DNA of 64,000 bases from Mobula hypostoma (Eukaryota): NCBI RefSeq assembly GCF_963921235.1, contig NC_086097.1:2914001-2978000 (forward strand), written 5' to 3'. Numbering within the stretch: the first letter of the stretch is position 1; the number at the start of each line of letters is the position of its first letter. The position numbers and the translations under genes were made by a program. The notes beneath the pieces are model-generated. The model had not been told where the DNA came from. It ran no database searches and worked only from the letters and a program-made list of their open reading frames with translations. Positions 24,096 to 37,900 of the stretch are shown here, one piece after another.

Positions 24096-25959
24096 GTATG
24101 TTTCTATAGGATCTTCTCTCATTCTTCTGAATTCCAGCAAGTACAGCCTCAGGTGACTCAATCTTTCCTCATAGTCTAACCCCCTCATCTCTGGAATCAA
24201 CCTGGTGAACTGCCTCCAAAGTTAGTATTTACTTCCTTAAGTAAGGAGACCAGAATTGCATGCAGTACTCCAACTGTGGTCTCACTAGTACCCTGTATAG
24301 TTGCAGCATAACCTCCCTGCTCTCAAATTTAATCCCTCTAGCAATGAAGGCTAGCATTCCATTTGCCTTCCTGATAGCCTGCTGCACCTGCAAACCAACC
24401 TTGTGTGGTTCATGCACAAGCACTCCCAAGTCCCTCTGCACAGTAGCATGCTGCAATCTGTTACCATTTAAATAATATTCTGCTCTTTAATTTTTCCTTC
24501 CAAAGTGGATGACCTTGCATTTACCACATTGTACTCCATCTGCCAGACCCTTGCCCACTCACTGAATCTATCTATATCTCTCTGCAGACTCTCCGTATCT
24601 TCTGCACAATTTGTTTTTCTCTCAGTTTAGTCTCATCAGCAAACTTAGATACGCTACACTCAGTCCCCTCTTCCAGATTGTTAACGTATATCGTGAACAG
24701 TTGGCCCAGCACTGACATCTGCAGCACTCCGCTCACCACTGATTGCTAACCAGAGTAACGCCCTACCCATGTATCCCAGCTCTCTGGTTTCTATTAGTTA
24801 ACTAACCCTCTATCCATGCTAATACATGACCCTGAACTTTATGTATCCTTGACTTATGGCTAAGTCTTTTATGCAGGACCTTATCAAACACCAGCTGGAA
24901 ATCCAAGTAAGTTTCCACCATCTGTTCCCCCCTATCTACCGTGTTCCTTATATCCTGAAAGAACTCCAGTAAGTTTGTCAAACAGGACCCTTGCCTTTGC
25001 TGAATCCATGCTTCATCTGCTTGATGGATCCATTTCTTTCCAGATGTCTTCCTATTTCTTCTTTAATAATAGCTTCAAGCATTTTCCCAACTACAGATGT
25101 TAAACTAACTGGCCTCTGATTACCCACCTTTGAACAATGGTGTGATGCTTGCCATCTTGCAATTCACTGGGACCTGCCCAGAGTCCAGAGAATTTTGGTA
25201 AATTATCACCAAAGCCTCTATTATAACTTATGCCATTTCTTTCAGTACCCTGGGATGCATTCCATCAGGACCAGGGGACTTACCTATCTTTAGGCCCACA
25301 AGTTTGCTCAGCACTACCTCTTTGGTGATAGCTGTTGTATTGAGGTCCTCACCTCCCATCGCATCCATAACATCTCTCTTTGGCATGCTAGATGCATCCT
25401 CCACAGTGAAGGCTGACACAAAATAGACATTCAAAGCCTCGGCCTTTACTACTTGATAAAATTATAAAAATTTTTACTATCCGTTTTTATATTTTGTGCT
25501 AGTTTATTTTCATAATCTAGCATTCCCTTTCTTTATTGCTTGCTTTGCACTGTTGTAACTATATGTTATAATTATGTGGTTTTTGTTAGTTTTTAAGTCG
25601 GTTTGTCATGTGTATTAGTGATATCATTCTGGAAAAACATTTTATCATTTCTTACTGCATGCATTACTAGATGACAATAAAAGGGGGACTGCGTGTCCTC
25701 ATAATCTTAGTGGTACTTTGTTGCTCTTTAAAGTTTTTCCAATCTTCCAGTTTCCCACTACTCTTGCTGACTTTGTATGCATGAACTTTTAGTTTGATGC
25801 CTTCTTTTATTTCCTTAGTTATCGAAGGCTGACTGTCCCCACCCTTACTTGTCCTTACTTTTAACTGGAATATACTTTTGTTGAGCACCATGAAAAATCC
25901 CTTTGAAAGTGTTCCATTGTTCCTCAACTGTCCCACCATATTGTTTGTGTTCCCAGTTA

Positions 25960-26255
25960 AAGGCATCCGTTAGTCTCATGAGACCATGGATTTGTGCCTT
26001 GGAAGGTTTCCAGGGCGCAGGCCAGGCCTGTATGGAAGGCCAGTAGTTGCCCATGCTGCAAGTCTCCCCTCTCCATGCCACTGATGTGCCCAAGGGAAGG
26101 GCGTTAGGACCCATACAGCTTGGCACTGGTGTCGTCGCAGAGCAATGTGTGGTTAAGTGCCTTGCTCAAGGACACACACACTGCCTCAGCCAAGGCTCGA
26201 ACTAGCGACCTTCAGATCACTAGACAAGACGCCTTAACCACTTGGCCACGCACCA
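25960..26255 (-). mobile_element. tRNA-headed CORE-like SINE
   Basis: Minus strand A box tggccaagtgg, B box agttcgagcc, then gtgtccttgagcaaggcacttaac core. Confidence 0.7.
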
Positions 26256-27696
26256 ATACTAGATTACACTAGCCAAATCCTCATTGCATTGTAGTCTCCA
26301 TTGTTTAGGCATTGAAACTCAATCATACTTTAATCACTCTTTCCAACTACAAGATCACTAATTTTACTTGCCTCATTGCACACAACCAGATCCAAGAAAG
26401 CACGCTGCCTTGTAGGTTTCCCTGCTCCTTAGTTCATTGAATCTGCATCATGGTAGCGTAGTGGTTAGTGCATCACTGTTACAGCGCAGGGCTTCAGAGT
26501 TTTGAGTTCAGTTCTGGTGTTCTCTGTCCATTCTCCTCGTGAGCATGTGGGTTTCCCGGAGCTGTTTCGGTTTCCTCCCACAGTCCGAAGACAGACCACT
26601 GGCCACTGGAAATTGTCCTGTGATTAGGCTAGTGTTAAATAGGTGGGCTGCTGGGCAGTCTTGCTCATTGGGCTGGAAGGTTGTGCTACGTACTGAATCT
26701 CTAAATAAATAAAATACACTGAAGAAAGGAAGGTTTTTTTACCCCCAATTTCTTAAAAACAGCTATGAGAGGGTGAGCAGCTGGTTGCTACATAGATGAT
26801 TGCCAATCTACAGTCTTTGAACTTGTTGCTCAGGGCTATATAGGTACTACAACGCTATGATTTAGTTTGTGGATTTCCTTCCGCTTTGTGTTCAGGAGGA
26901 ATTGATTGCCAGGTTGGTTAGCCTTCAAATTAAATGCAGGTGAAATCACCAACTTCAACCAGAAATTTGTTACTCATATCAGATGCTTTGATTAGCTGAC
27001 ATCTGAAACAAAATGTCAAAAATGTTCATTAGGCCAGGCATCATTTGTGGCTAGACAAATATAGTTGAGTTTCAAGGTCAATTAATTTTACGAGTTACTG
27101 TCAACAGCCTAGCTCATTAATACTGGTGAGCTGATCCCTGAGCACCCAAACACATTGTGAAGAAATGTAAGATTGCTGTGCTAATGATTGTCCTAGTAGT
27201 TTGCCTGTGTAAATTTACTTAATATAACCACTAATGATTTTCTACTCCTTAATTTCCACAGCAATAGAAAAGGCATCTCATTGTTAATTTTTAGATGTCC
27301 TTATTTTCTAGTCGGCAAAGGCATTTGTAGAAATACATGTTCAAAATCATCTACTATTTTTGAATTGTGGACTGGATAATATGATTCTCTGTTGCTACTT
27401 GTTTGGAAAGGATTAGATTTCCTTTGTGATTTTTTTAAATGTGTACTCACTCAGCGATCATTATTTTGGTTGGACAGGATCTCTTGTTCTGATAAGGTTT
27501 TTGGATTGGAAACACATGTTTTGTCAAGACAGCTTGCTTGTTGTTTCCCTTTGAAGTGCTGGAAAGAGCTGTCCAAAAATGTCAATAGCATTTTGTTGTT
27601 CTTTCTTCACCGGAAGAGCAATGAAAAGATGAAAGCTGTTTTTGTTTCTTATGAGAAATAGCATCGCCAGCTTCTAACTCCTGAACTGGGTAAAAC

Positions 27697-29712
27697 CGTA
27701 AGACCATAAGATATAGTAGCAGAAGTAAGCCATTTAGCCCATCGAGTCTGCTATGCCATTCAATCATGGACTGGTCCAATTCTTCTAGTCATCCCCACTC
27801 CCCTGCTCTCACCCCATATCCTTTGATGCCCTGGCTAATCAAGAACCTATCTATCTCTGCCTTAAATACACCCAATGACCTGGCCTCCACAGCTGCTCAT
27901 GGCAACAAATTCCACAGATTTACCACCCCCTGACTAAAGTAATTTCTCTACATCGCAAATCTAAAAGGACGTTCTTCAATCCTGAAGTCATGCCCTATTG
28001 TCCTAGAGACATCTAACATGGGAAATAACTTTGCTATATCTCATCTGTTCAGGCCTTTTAACATTTGGAATGTTTCTATGAGATTCCCACTCATTCTCCT
28101 GAACTCCAGGGAATATAGCCCAAGAGCTGCCAGATGTTCCTCATAGGGTAACCCTTTCATTCCTGGAATCATTCTTGTGAATCTTCTCTGAACCCTCTCC
28201 AATGTCAGTATATCCTTTCTAAAATAAGGAGCCCAAAGCTGCACACAACACTCCAAGTGTGGTCTCACGAGTGCCTTATAGAGCCTCAACATCACATCCC
28301 TGCTGTTATATTCTATACCTCTAGAAATTAATGCCAACATTGCATTTGCCTTCAACTGACTCAACCTGGAGGTTAACCTTTAAGGTATCTTGCACAAGGA
28401 CTCCCAAGTCCCTTTCCATCTTTGCATTTTGAATTCTCTCCCCATCTAAATAATAGTCTGCCCGTTTATTTCTTCCACCTAAGTGCATGACCATACACTT
28501 TCCAACATTGTATTTGCCACTTTTTTGTCCATTCCCCTAAACTATCTAAGTCTCTCTGCAGGCTCTCTGTTTCCTCAACACTACCCGCTCCTCCACCTAT
28601 CTTTGTATCATCGGCAAATTTAGCCACAAATCCATTAATACCAGACTCCAAATCATTGACATACATTGTAAAAAGCAGCGGTCCAGTATCGACCCTTGTG
28701 GAACTCCACTGGTAACTGGCAGCCAGCCAGAATAGGATCCCTTTATTCCCACTTTCTGTTTTTTTGGCAATCAACCAATGCTCCACCCACGCTAGTAACT
28801 TCCCTGGAATTCCATGGGCTCTTATCTTGCTAAGCAGCTTAAGAATTGCAGTAGGTTTGTCAGGCAGGATTTTCCTTCCAGGAAACCATGCTGGCTTTGG
28901 CCTATCTTGTCATGTGCCTCCAGGTACTCTGTAATCTCTGCCCTAACAATCGATTCCAACAACTTCCCAATCACTGATGTCGGGCTAACAGGTCTATAGT
29001 TTCCTTTCTGCTGCCTTCCACACTTCTTAAATAGCGGGGTAACATTTGCAATTTTCCAGTCATCTGGTACAATGCCAGAATCTATCGATTCTTGAAAGAT
29101 CATCCGCAATCTCTCCAGCTGCTTCCTTCAGAACCCGAGGGTGAATCCCATCACGTCCAGGAGATTCATCCACCCTCAGACCATTAAGCTTCCTGAGCAC
29201 TTTTTCGGTCGTAATTTTCACTGCACGAACTTCACTTCCCCGACACTCCTGAATGTCTGGTATACTGCAGACGTCTTCCACTGTGAAGACTGATGTAATA
29301 TATTTATTCAGTTCCTCTGCCATCTGTGCATCTCTCATTACAATATCTCCAGTGTCATTTTATATTGGTCCTATATCTACCCTCAACTCTCTTTTACCCT
29401 TTATGTACTTAAAAGAGCTTTTAATATCTTCTTTGATATTAGCCGCCAGCTTCTTCTCGTAATTCATCTTTTCCTTCTGAATGGACTCCTTCGTTTTAAA
29501 AGCTCCCCGATCCTCTATCTTCCCATTAGCTCTGGCTTCTTTGTATGCCCTCTCTTTTGCTTTTACTTTGGCTCTGACTTCACTTGTCAGCCACGGTAGT
29601 GACCTTCTCCCCTTTGCAAATTTCTTCTTATTTGGAATGTATCTGTCTTGCACTTCCCTCATTTTCACAGAAACTCCAGCCATTGCTGCTCTGCTGTCCT
29701 TTCTCCAAACCC
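27697..29712 (-). mobile_element. CR1 LINE, 5'-truncated, same family as 14975-20385
   Basis: KFADDTK, GNYRPVSPTSVIGKLLE, internal deletions; shows the empty Gypsy target gaatctatcgattc near 29078-29091. Confidence 0.88.
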
Positions 29713-30409
29713 TTAAAAGCAAATTAGTTTTGTTGCTGCCAGTCTATTACTTCTGATGTGGCAACAGTAAAAGAATAGATTTAAAGCCTTAGTGTTCTTG
29801 AATGTCCAAGTTTAATTTTAATCAATCCAGAACACATTAATCCAAGAAATGAATTGTCTCCAAATTACATGCATGTTGTATGCATCAAATGAGACCTGAG
29901 GTACAAAACTGTAAGATGAAGAAACTACTGTGGGCTTCAAGTTACTGAGGAGTAGTGGGTTTGATGTTGGTGAATAATGTCTGTCACTGATGAATTAATG
30001 GTATTCTTATAACTAAACATGGGGTTAAAAATGTTTTGCATGTGGCAGCCTGCAGTGGATCCTTTATGAATCCTTGGTTTAGCAGGTATATTTCTAACCT
30101 GTACTTTGGGAGGCACGGTAATGTAGCAGTTAGCGTAATGCTTTATAATGTCACTGACCAGACTCAGTTCACACCACTGTCTGTAAGGAGTTTGTGCATT
30201 CCCCCAGTGAACATGTGGGTTCCCTCCAAGTGCTCCAGATTCCAAAAGCACACAGGTCAGTACGTTCATTCGTCACATGGGCTGTAAGTGCCTGTTACTG
30301 TGCTGTATCCCTATGCGACCTCAATATGGATGGCCTGTGCTGGTCCAGAAAGATCTTAGGCCTCAACTTATATTATCAGAGGCTTCAACATGAATTTTGA
30401 ACAATAGTT

Positions 30410-30665
30410 TGTTACAAGAATCACCACTTGTACTAATGATCAGAGAGGCACAGAGAATCTGTGTTAACTGACAAGTAACTTTTATTGTCTCAAGTAAAAG
30501 GCACGTGGGTTCACAAACTTATCTACCTGTGTGCAAATTCTGTTACAAGAATCACCTGTTGTAATAATGATCAGTGACGCACAGAGAATCTGTATTTATC
30601 AACAAGTAACCTTTATTGTCTTAACTAAAAAGCACCTGGGTCCACAAACTAACTACCTGTGTGCA
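30410..30665. repeat. Diverged ~131-bp tandem duplication at the start of an LTR-like repeat
   Basis: tgttacaagaatcacc...ctacctgtgtgca at 30410 and 30541; TGTTA start and tttatt suggest a minus-oriented LTR end; other boundary not found. Confidence 0.55.
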
Positions 30666-32399
30666 CCCCACTAGAATCCCTGACTCTCCATGAAGAGAAA
30701 AGGTACTACCCAGGAAAGGAGTCTACGCTAGCCAGGCATTCCTCGTGGTCCTGATCTCCACGTGTCCGTGGGGTCCTCCTTATCCGCGATGGTTGGTTCC
30801 TGGTTGCTGGAGAGTTATCGCCCCTGCGTATTTGGAGCTTCTGACTCTTATAGTGTTCCTAATCAATTGAACTGTTGGTTCTCCACCCCATTGGCTCAAC
30901 GTCACCTGACCTACCTGGGTCACCTTCCTACTGGTTCTTGTACACGAGTACAACCCAGCATTGTTTCTTGGTTCTGCCCACCCCAGCCTTGTGTATTTGT
31001 GTCTTTCCACTCTGACTGGTCCAAACCAGTTAAATGAGATGACCCGGATGGAGTCTGATGAAATTAGAGATTGCTTCTTTGGTAGGTCTGGCATTTTACA
31101 TAGTAAGTCGCTACTCATCTGAGATGGTCTCAGGTTCAGCAGGTGAAGCTCCTTGTGTCCACATTCAATGGCTCTGATTAGATTATCCAGACCAAGAATC
31201 AGTTCAGAGTTCACAAAATGGGAGGAAACAAAGACAACTGGTTTGTCTGCCTCTCCTGTCCCTGATTCATCAAATCCACTAATTGCAGACAGTGCTTTCT
31301 TCTGGCCAACATGTTTTTAGTAGCTATCCAAAATGCTGTGCATATAATGCACCTCCAGGGATGGGCATAGATAGTAACGAAGGTGGCAAGGTAGTATAGT
31401 GATTAGTGTAACGCTATTACTATGCCAGCGGCCTGAGTTCAATTCTCACTGCTGTCTGTAAGGAGTGTGTATGTTCTCCCCATGACCGCGTGGATTTCTG
31501 CTGGGTACACTGGTTTCCTCCAACGTTCCAGAACTGTACTGATTAGCAGGTTAATTAGACACATGGTCTGTAAGGTCATTGGGCTGTTAGAGCCTGTAAG
31601 AGGACCAGATTGTCTTTAAGAACACAGCTGGCTGTTCAGGGTGGAAGGGCCACTCAAGAGATTTGTTTGGAAATTGATGAGGCAAAACTCTTTAAATGAC
31701 GCCAGTAAAGTTCTTGATCAAACGGTGCAACATCCATTGATACTTTAAAGCTTGAACATATATATTGATACTTTAAATACTTGAACATATATATTGGGTA
31801 TGGCATATTCTGATTTTGTATCATTAAAATAATCATTCTTATTTGTTAATTTATTTGTGGTAATATTACTTTGTGTTGTGTTGTGCACCTTGGTATATTT
31901 GTATATCACCAAACAGGTACACGTTGGTCCAGAGGAACATTGCATTGTTTGGTGTTATACATGTACAGGATGAATAACAATGATTTGAACTTGGTACTAA
32001 ATCAACATAACATGGCAAACTACAAGCCTACTGCTGGCAAATTGGATTAGTGCACATAGGTACCTGATGATTGGTGCGGATGTGCTTGTCTAGTCGGCCT
32101 GTTTCTATGCTGAATGACTGTGACTAAAATTAAAGGGCGTGATCTTGCCTCCATTTTGGTTTCTGTTGAACCCAATTCTTACTGCACAATCTAAATTTCT
32201 GGACCTTCAAGTAATTTCCATTGTTAATCATTAAAAGTGGTTATTAAAGGCTTTCATGTATTTTCTGATTTCTGGTTATTTCATTAAAAACACTGGCAAA
32301 ATTAAATTTAATTTTGTAGAATTGATAATTCTTCATGAACACTCCCACAATGAGTATTATTATATGAATTGACATGTTTGTATTTTTTCAACTTTACAG

Positions 32400-32428
32400 C
32401 TGAAATTTCTGCTATTTGTCAGAAGAAG
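32400..32428 (+). CDS. UNC79: UNC79 coding micro-exon (29 bp)
   Basis: tttacag|CTGAAATTTCTGCTATTTGTCAGAAGAAG|gtaaga; (A)EISAICQKK; phase 1 to 0, needed for frame continuity. Confidence 0.93.
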
Positions 32429-33129
32429 GTAAGACAGTGAAAACGTGTTGATAGTTTTCATCTTGTGGTTTATTGGCATGCTTCTGTTGGTTGATTCTAG
32501 AATGCACTAAGTTATAAGCTGTAGACTGCACTTGCATTCCAATGTGGTTTTGTGCGTTTGGCAGTGTTGCAGGCAACTAAATTGAAAAATCTCCAATAAT
32601 TACAAACTCATTCAGCATTTATGAGTTAATGGAAAGGAAGTGAATACCAGGCTAAAATTTATTTTGCCCGAAGAGGGTAAATTAAATAGTAAGTTACTTT
32701 TAGAAATTGCCACATTTTTGGTCCAGAAATAGATTAATGTGATACATCAAAGTTCAAAAGTTTGAAGTAAATTTATTACCAGATACTACCCTGACATTCA
32801 CTTTCTTATGGGCATTCAGAATGGATACAAAAATACACAGTAGAATCAATGAAAAATATTTCACAAAAGATGACAAATAAGCAACTATGCAAATACAAAA
32901 AAGAAAATATTAATGAATAAGCAATAAGTATCGAGAATACGAGTTGCAAAGCCCTTAAAAGTGTGTCCCTAGATTTTGCAATCAGTTCAGAGATAGTGTG
33001 AGTGAAGTTATTCTCTGGTTCAAGAGCCTTTCCTGAATCAGAAATCACTTCTCTAAAAAAAAGTAAAAGGCAATTGATTCAAAGCTAAAGCAATAAAAAT
33101 GAATGAAGCCACAGTTTTGTTGGATGGCT

Positions 33130-33625
33130 GACCAAGTTCAGAACAGGTTTTCGTTAAAATGCAAAGAAAATTTACAAATATGTTGCCAGGACCTGAGTTA
33201 TAGGGAAAGGGTGAATAGATTAGGACTTTATTCCCTAGAACATAGAAGATTGAGGGAGATTTGATAGAGGTGTACAAAATTATGAGGGGTATAGATAGGG
33301 AAAATGCAAGCAGGCTTTTTCCACTGAGGTTGGGTGAGACTACAACTAGAGGTCATGGGTTAAGGGTGAAAGATGGAATGTTTAAGGAGAACATGGGGAA
33401 CTTCTTCATTGAGAGGGTGGTGAGAAGGTGGAATGAGCTGCCAGCGCAAGCAATGGATGTGGGGTTGATTTCAACTTTGAAGAGAAATTTGCATAGGTAC
33501 ATGGATGGGAGGGGTATGGAAGTATATAGCCTGGGTGCTAGTTCATGGGACTAGCCAAATTTATGGTTCAGCACAGATTAGAATAGCCTATTTCTGTGCT
33601 GGAGTGTTTTATAACTCCATGACTC
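33130..33625 (+). mobile_element. CR1 LINE 3' fragment
   Basis: LIEVYKIMRG, TTTRGHGLRV, FFIERVVRRWNELP. Confidence 0.8.
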
Positions 33626-34994
33626 CAAGTGGTCTCTTTAGGATTTGGTTTCTTAAATCTCCAATACTATTAAGGCATTATGAAGATGCTAACACAGAAT
33701 CATCATTATTTGTACAGTATTGTATAATAATTGTTAATGACTTTAATAAGCCCTACAGTCACTTCCAAAATTAATTTTGTTGTATTTCTTTTTGCATAAT
33801 TTATTGGGCCTTGGATGCTGAAGAAAATTGAAATGTTTCTTCGTATGAATGTTCTACTTGCTATTTCTGTTCTATTCCACATGATTTATTAAATCCTCCT
33901 CACATACACACAGCGAGGAAAATCTGGTCTTTCTAGCACTCATATCTTTTAGTGTTCTTAGAACTACTCTTGGAAATAATTTTTTAAAACTGCTGTTGAT
34001 TGGATTAATGCAAAATTGCAATATTTGTGTGTCATCCAGTTTTCATTCTATACTGTAAGGATACTGAGCTATGCCATTCCCTTAGATAGAGAATGGTATT
34101 TTAGGCAAATTTTAGAATTTAATACATATTAGTGTCAATGTCATACCAGTGCATTGCACTAACAATACACAGTAATATATTCGTTATTCTTCAACGATGC
34201 AAGGTATGTGTCTGAGATAGACTAGGAGAATGGGCAAAGCATCCATCTGGCAAACACTACCGCAGCATTAAAATCAGGGCCAACAGGCTGCAGGACAGCT
34301 TCTTTCTACAAGCCATTAGACTTTTAAATTCACATGTCTGTACATTGCAACGGAGTCATAACACAAAGATTGTTACTCCCTCACGTTGTGGGATGGATGT
34401 AAGATTTACATCTAAATTCTAGAGGTGGTAGGTAAAAAAACAGTGTTGGGAAGTGTATAGTCATGCACTTTGGTAGAAGGAATAAAAGCATAGACTTATT
34501 TTCTAAATGGAGAGAAAATTCAAAAATCTGAGGTGCAAAGGGACTTGGGCGTCCTTGTGCATAATTCTCAAAAGGTTAATTTGAGGTTGAGTTGGTGGTG
34601 AGGAAGGCAAATACAATGTTAGCATTCATTTCGAGTGGACTAGAGTATAAAAGCAAGGATAAAATGTTGAGGCCTCATGAGGCACTGATGAGGCCTCACT
34701 TGGAGTATTGTGAGCATTTTTAGGCCCCTTGTCTAAGAGAGGATGTGCTGACATAGGAGAAGGTTTAAAGGAGGTTCACAAAAATGATTGTGGGATATGT
34801 GGAGCGTTTGATGGCTCTGGGCCTGTGCTCATTGGAATTCAGAAGCATGGGGGGAGGGATCTCATTGAGACCCGTCGAAGTTTGAAAGGCCTCGATAGCA
34901 TGGATGTGGAGAGGATGTTTCCTACGGTGGAGGGGTCTAGGACTAGAAGGCACAGCCTCGGAATAGAGGCATGTCCATTTAGAATGTAGATGAG

Positions 34995-37900
34995 AGACTT
35001 TCTGGAAGGGGACCCATGGAGTGAGCTGTATTTTGGTGTCGCTCTGTACCCTTTACTCTCTTACATGCAACCACTCTTATTTACTTCACCTATACCTACA
35101 CTAAAGGATTTGTATTACATTTATATCATTGAATTATGACTCTTACTTACTGAAAATGAATACCAGAGCACGAGAAGTTAAAGAAGGGAAAGGTCCCGGC
35201 GGGAACGGAAAAAAAAAATGGTGATCCTGGAACATCGAAGGAAGCTCCGATAACTGCGGAACTAATGAAGAAACTTCTAGAAGATACAGTTAATTGAAGA
35301 CTCACCGCAATTGAAGAAGTGTTGAAGTCGATGCAAGAAGAGTCAAGATCATTCAGACGTGAAATCGATCAACAACAAGTCAGATCTCAGAACTAGATGA
35401 AGATGGCCACAAAAGGGATAGAAAAATTGAAGCTCTTGAAAAAAGTTTAATTTCAGTAACTCAGCAACTGGAACGTTATCAAGCTAAGACTATTGATCTT
35501 GAAAATCGCTCCCGATGACAGAGTTTGCGAATAATCGGTTTACAATAAGATGTTGAGACGGGAGATCCTACCAAATATTTTTCTAAATTGCTAATGGATG
35601 TGTTTGGCTCTGATATATTGGAGGAGCCCCGACTATTAGATCGTGCACATCGTTCTTTTCGTTTTAATCCGAAGAATGTGGCCAGGCCGAGACCAATTAT
35701 CATTCGGTTTCATTATGTCCATGATAAGGAACGAGTTATTCGAGCTGCTCGGAAGAAAGGTATAATCCAATTTTGAGAATTCAAGTTCAGAATTGTTGAA
35801 GACTACAGCCAAGACATACTGAAAAAATGAATGGCTTTTAAACCACAGATGGCAGAACTGTATTGTCGGGGTTATAAAATAGCGTTACTGTTTCCAGCCC
35901 GTCTGAGAGTGGTTATGCGGGACAACTCGCGTAGCCTGTTTAAAAATCTGATGGAAGCCCAAAGTTTTCTCGATGATCTGCCTCCCTCTGCGGAGGATTA
36001 ATTAATGTATCGTTTTGTTCTCTCTCGTCTTTGAATTGTATAGTTTGAGGGTTTTTTTTCCCCTTGATCTTGCAGTGTAGGTTCGCTTTATACTGTTAAA
36101 TGATATTATGCTTTTCTGTTAGTGATCTTGTATATCTTACTCTTAATACTTTTTGAAAGTTATTTAGTTACAATTTTAATGCTTGTTCTCTTTCGGAAAT
36201 GTTACTGGAATATTATATTTTAAAATGGTGGATTGTTTTCTTCTTCCCCCCAGAATCCTTTTTGTCTGTAACGTCACTTGCGATCATTTATATATGAAAA
36301 ATTAATATAGTAATATGATCAACGTTTGATGTTCTTTGAAATATGAGTAAGAAGGAACTATTCGATGCTTATAATTGTTGTAAGCTTTTTCTTACCATTA
36401 TAACTTTTTTAACCTTTTTTTGAATATGGGTGGTATTTCTTTTGATAAACATATTTCTTTTGGGTTGCCTTCTGGAAAGATGGGGTTAGAATTAGCTTTA
36501 GATTTAGCATTGGCCACTTTCTGGCTTTTTTCTGGGTTTTTGTGGGAGGAAGGTGGTATTCTTGTTCTTATTTTTAACTTATTTTTGCTTTTTAAACGGG
36601 CTGACCTGAAACTACCAAAATGTCTGAAATGTCGTAACTTCCGGTTCCTCTTTGAACCTTTTTTCCTCTGGGGTCATGAGTCTGTACTCTGGTTAACCCT
36701 TTACATACTTTATCCTCGAGCTCATTACGATGGATAAGATTGTTAATTTGGTTTCTTGGAATACAAATGGCTTAAACCACACGATTAAACGGAAGAAAAT
36801 TTTTAAAGTCTTCCATAGGATGAATGCTCACATTATTTTTGTACAAGAAACTCATGTCCGGAAAGAGGATAATCAGCATTTTTTTAGATTCTGGAAGGAA
36901 CAACAGTACCACTCAAACTCACAGGCTAAAGTAAAAGGCGTTTCTATTTTTATTAATCCGTCAATTTCATTTCTGCATTATGAGATGATTTCAGATCCCA
37001 ATGACAGATTTTTGTTAATTACTGGCAAAAAAGTTGTTATACTTAATGTTTATGCCCCAAATGTTGACTGTCCCGATTTTTTTTAAGAATCTCGTTACAT
37101 CTCTTCCTTATTTAAATGACTATATGTTGATTATGGGTGGAGATTTCAATTGTTGTTTAAATCCTTTGATGGATAGATCCAAGTCCAATCAAGTACTTCC
37201 GAATAAATCGGCTACCCTTATTAACTCTTTTATGACCGACTCTGGAATCTCAGAACTTTGGAGATTCTTACATCCGAATGAGAAACAGTTCTAATTTTTT
37301 TCACATGTACATCAGCACTACTCAAGAATTGACTTTTTTTATTGACTCTCGATTAATTCCTCGTTATTGGTTGCAAATATGATTCTATTGCTGTTTCTGA
37401 CCATGCACCATTGAAATTATTTATTAACTTAAGGGATACATTTACTAATTCTAGACAATAGCGATTTAATACTTTGCTTCAAGGCTCAGATTTTGTTAGG
37501 TTTATTGAGGAACAGATTAATTTTTTCTTTGCAATGAACTCTACAGAGGATATTTCCAGCGGGACACTATGGGATACTTTTAAAGCATATATTTGTGGAC
37601 AAATTATTTCATATGCTGTTGGATTAAAAAAGCGAACTAGTAATGAAATACTTAAACTGGTTGACACGATTAAAGAAGTTGATAAGAAATATTCTATAGC
37701 TCCTAATCATGAACTTTATAAACAGAGGGTTGAACTTCAGATGGAACATAATCTCTTACTATCATCTTCGATTGAACAATTAATCAAAACTAAGAGTCAA
37801 TTCTATATACATGGTGATAAAACTGGAAAACTATTGGCTACTCAATTGAAATCGGCCTCGGTTAAACGACAGATTCTTAAGATTCGTAAACAAGATGGCA

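Larger units (their letters stand above)
23440..26420 (-). mobile_element. Decayed CR1 LINE with nested insertions
   Basis: QRDLGVLVH, KSPGPDGMHPRVLKE; interrupted at ~23815-24095, ~25550-25710 and ~25960-26255. Confidence 0.8.
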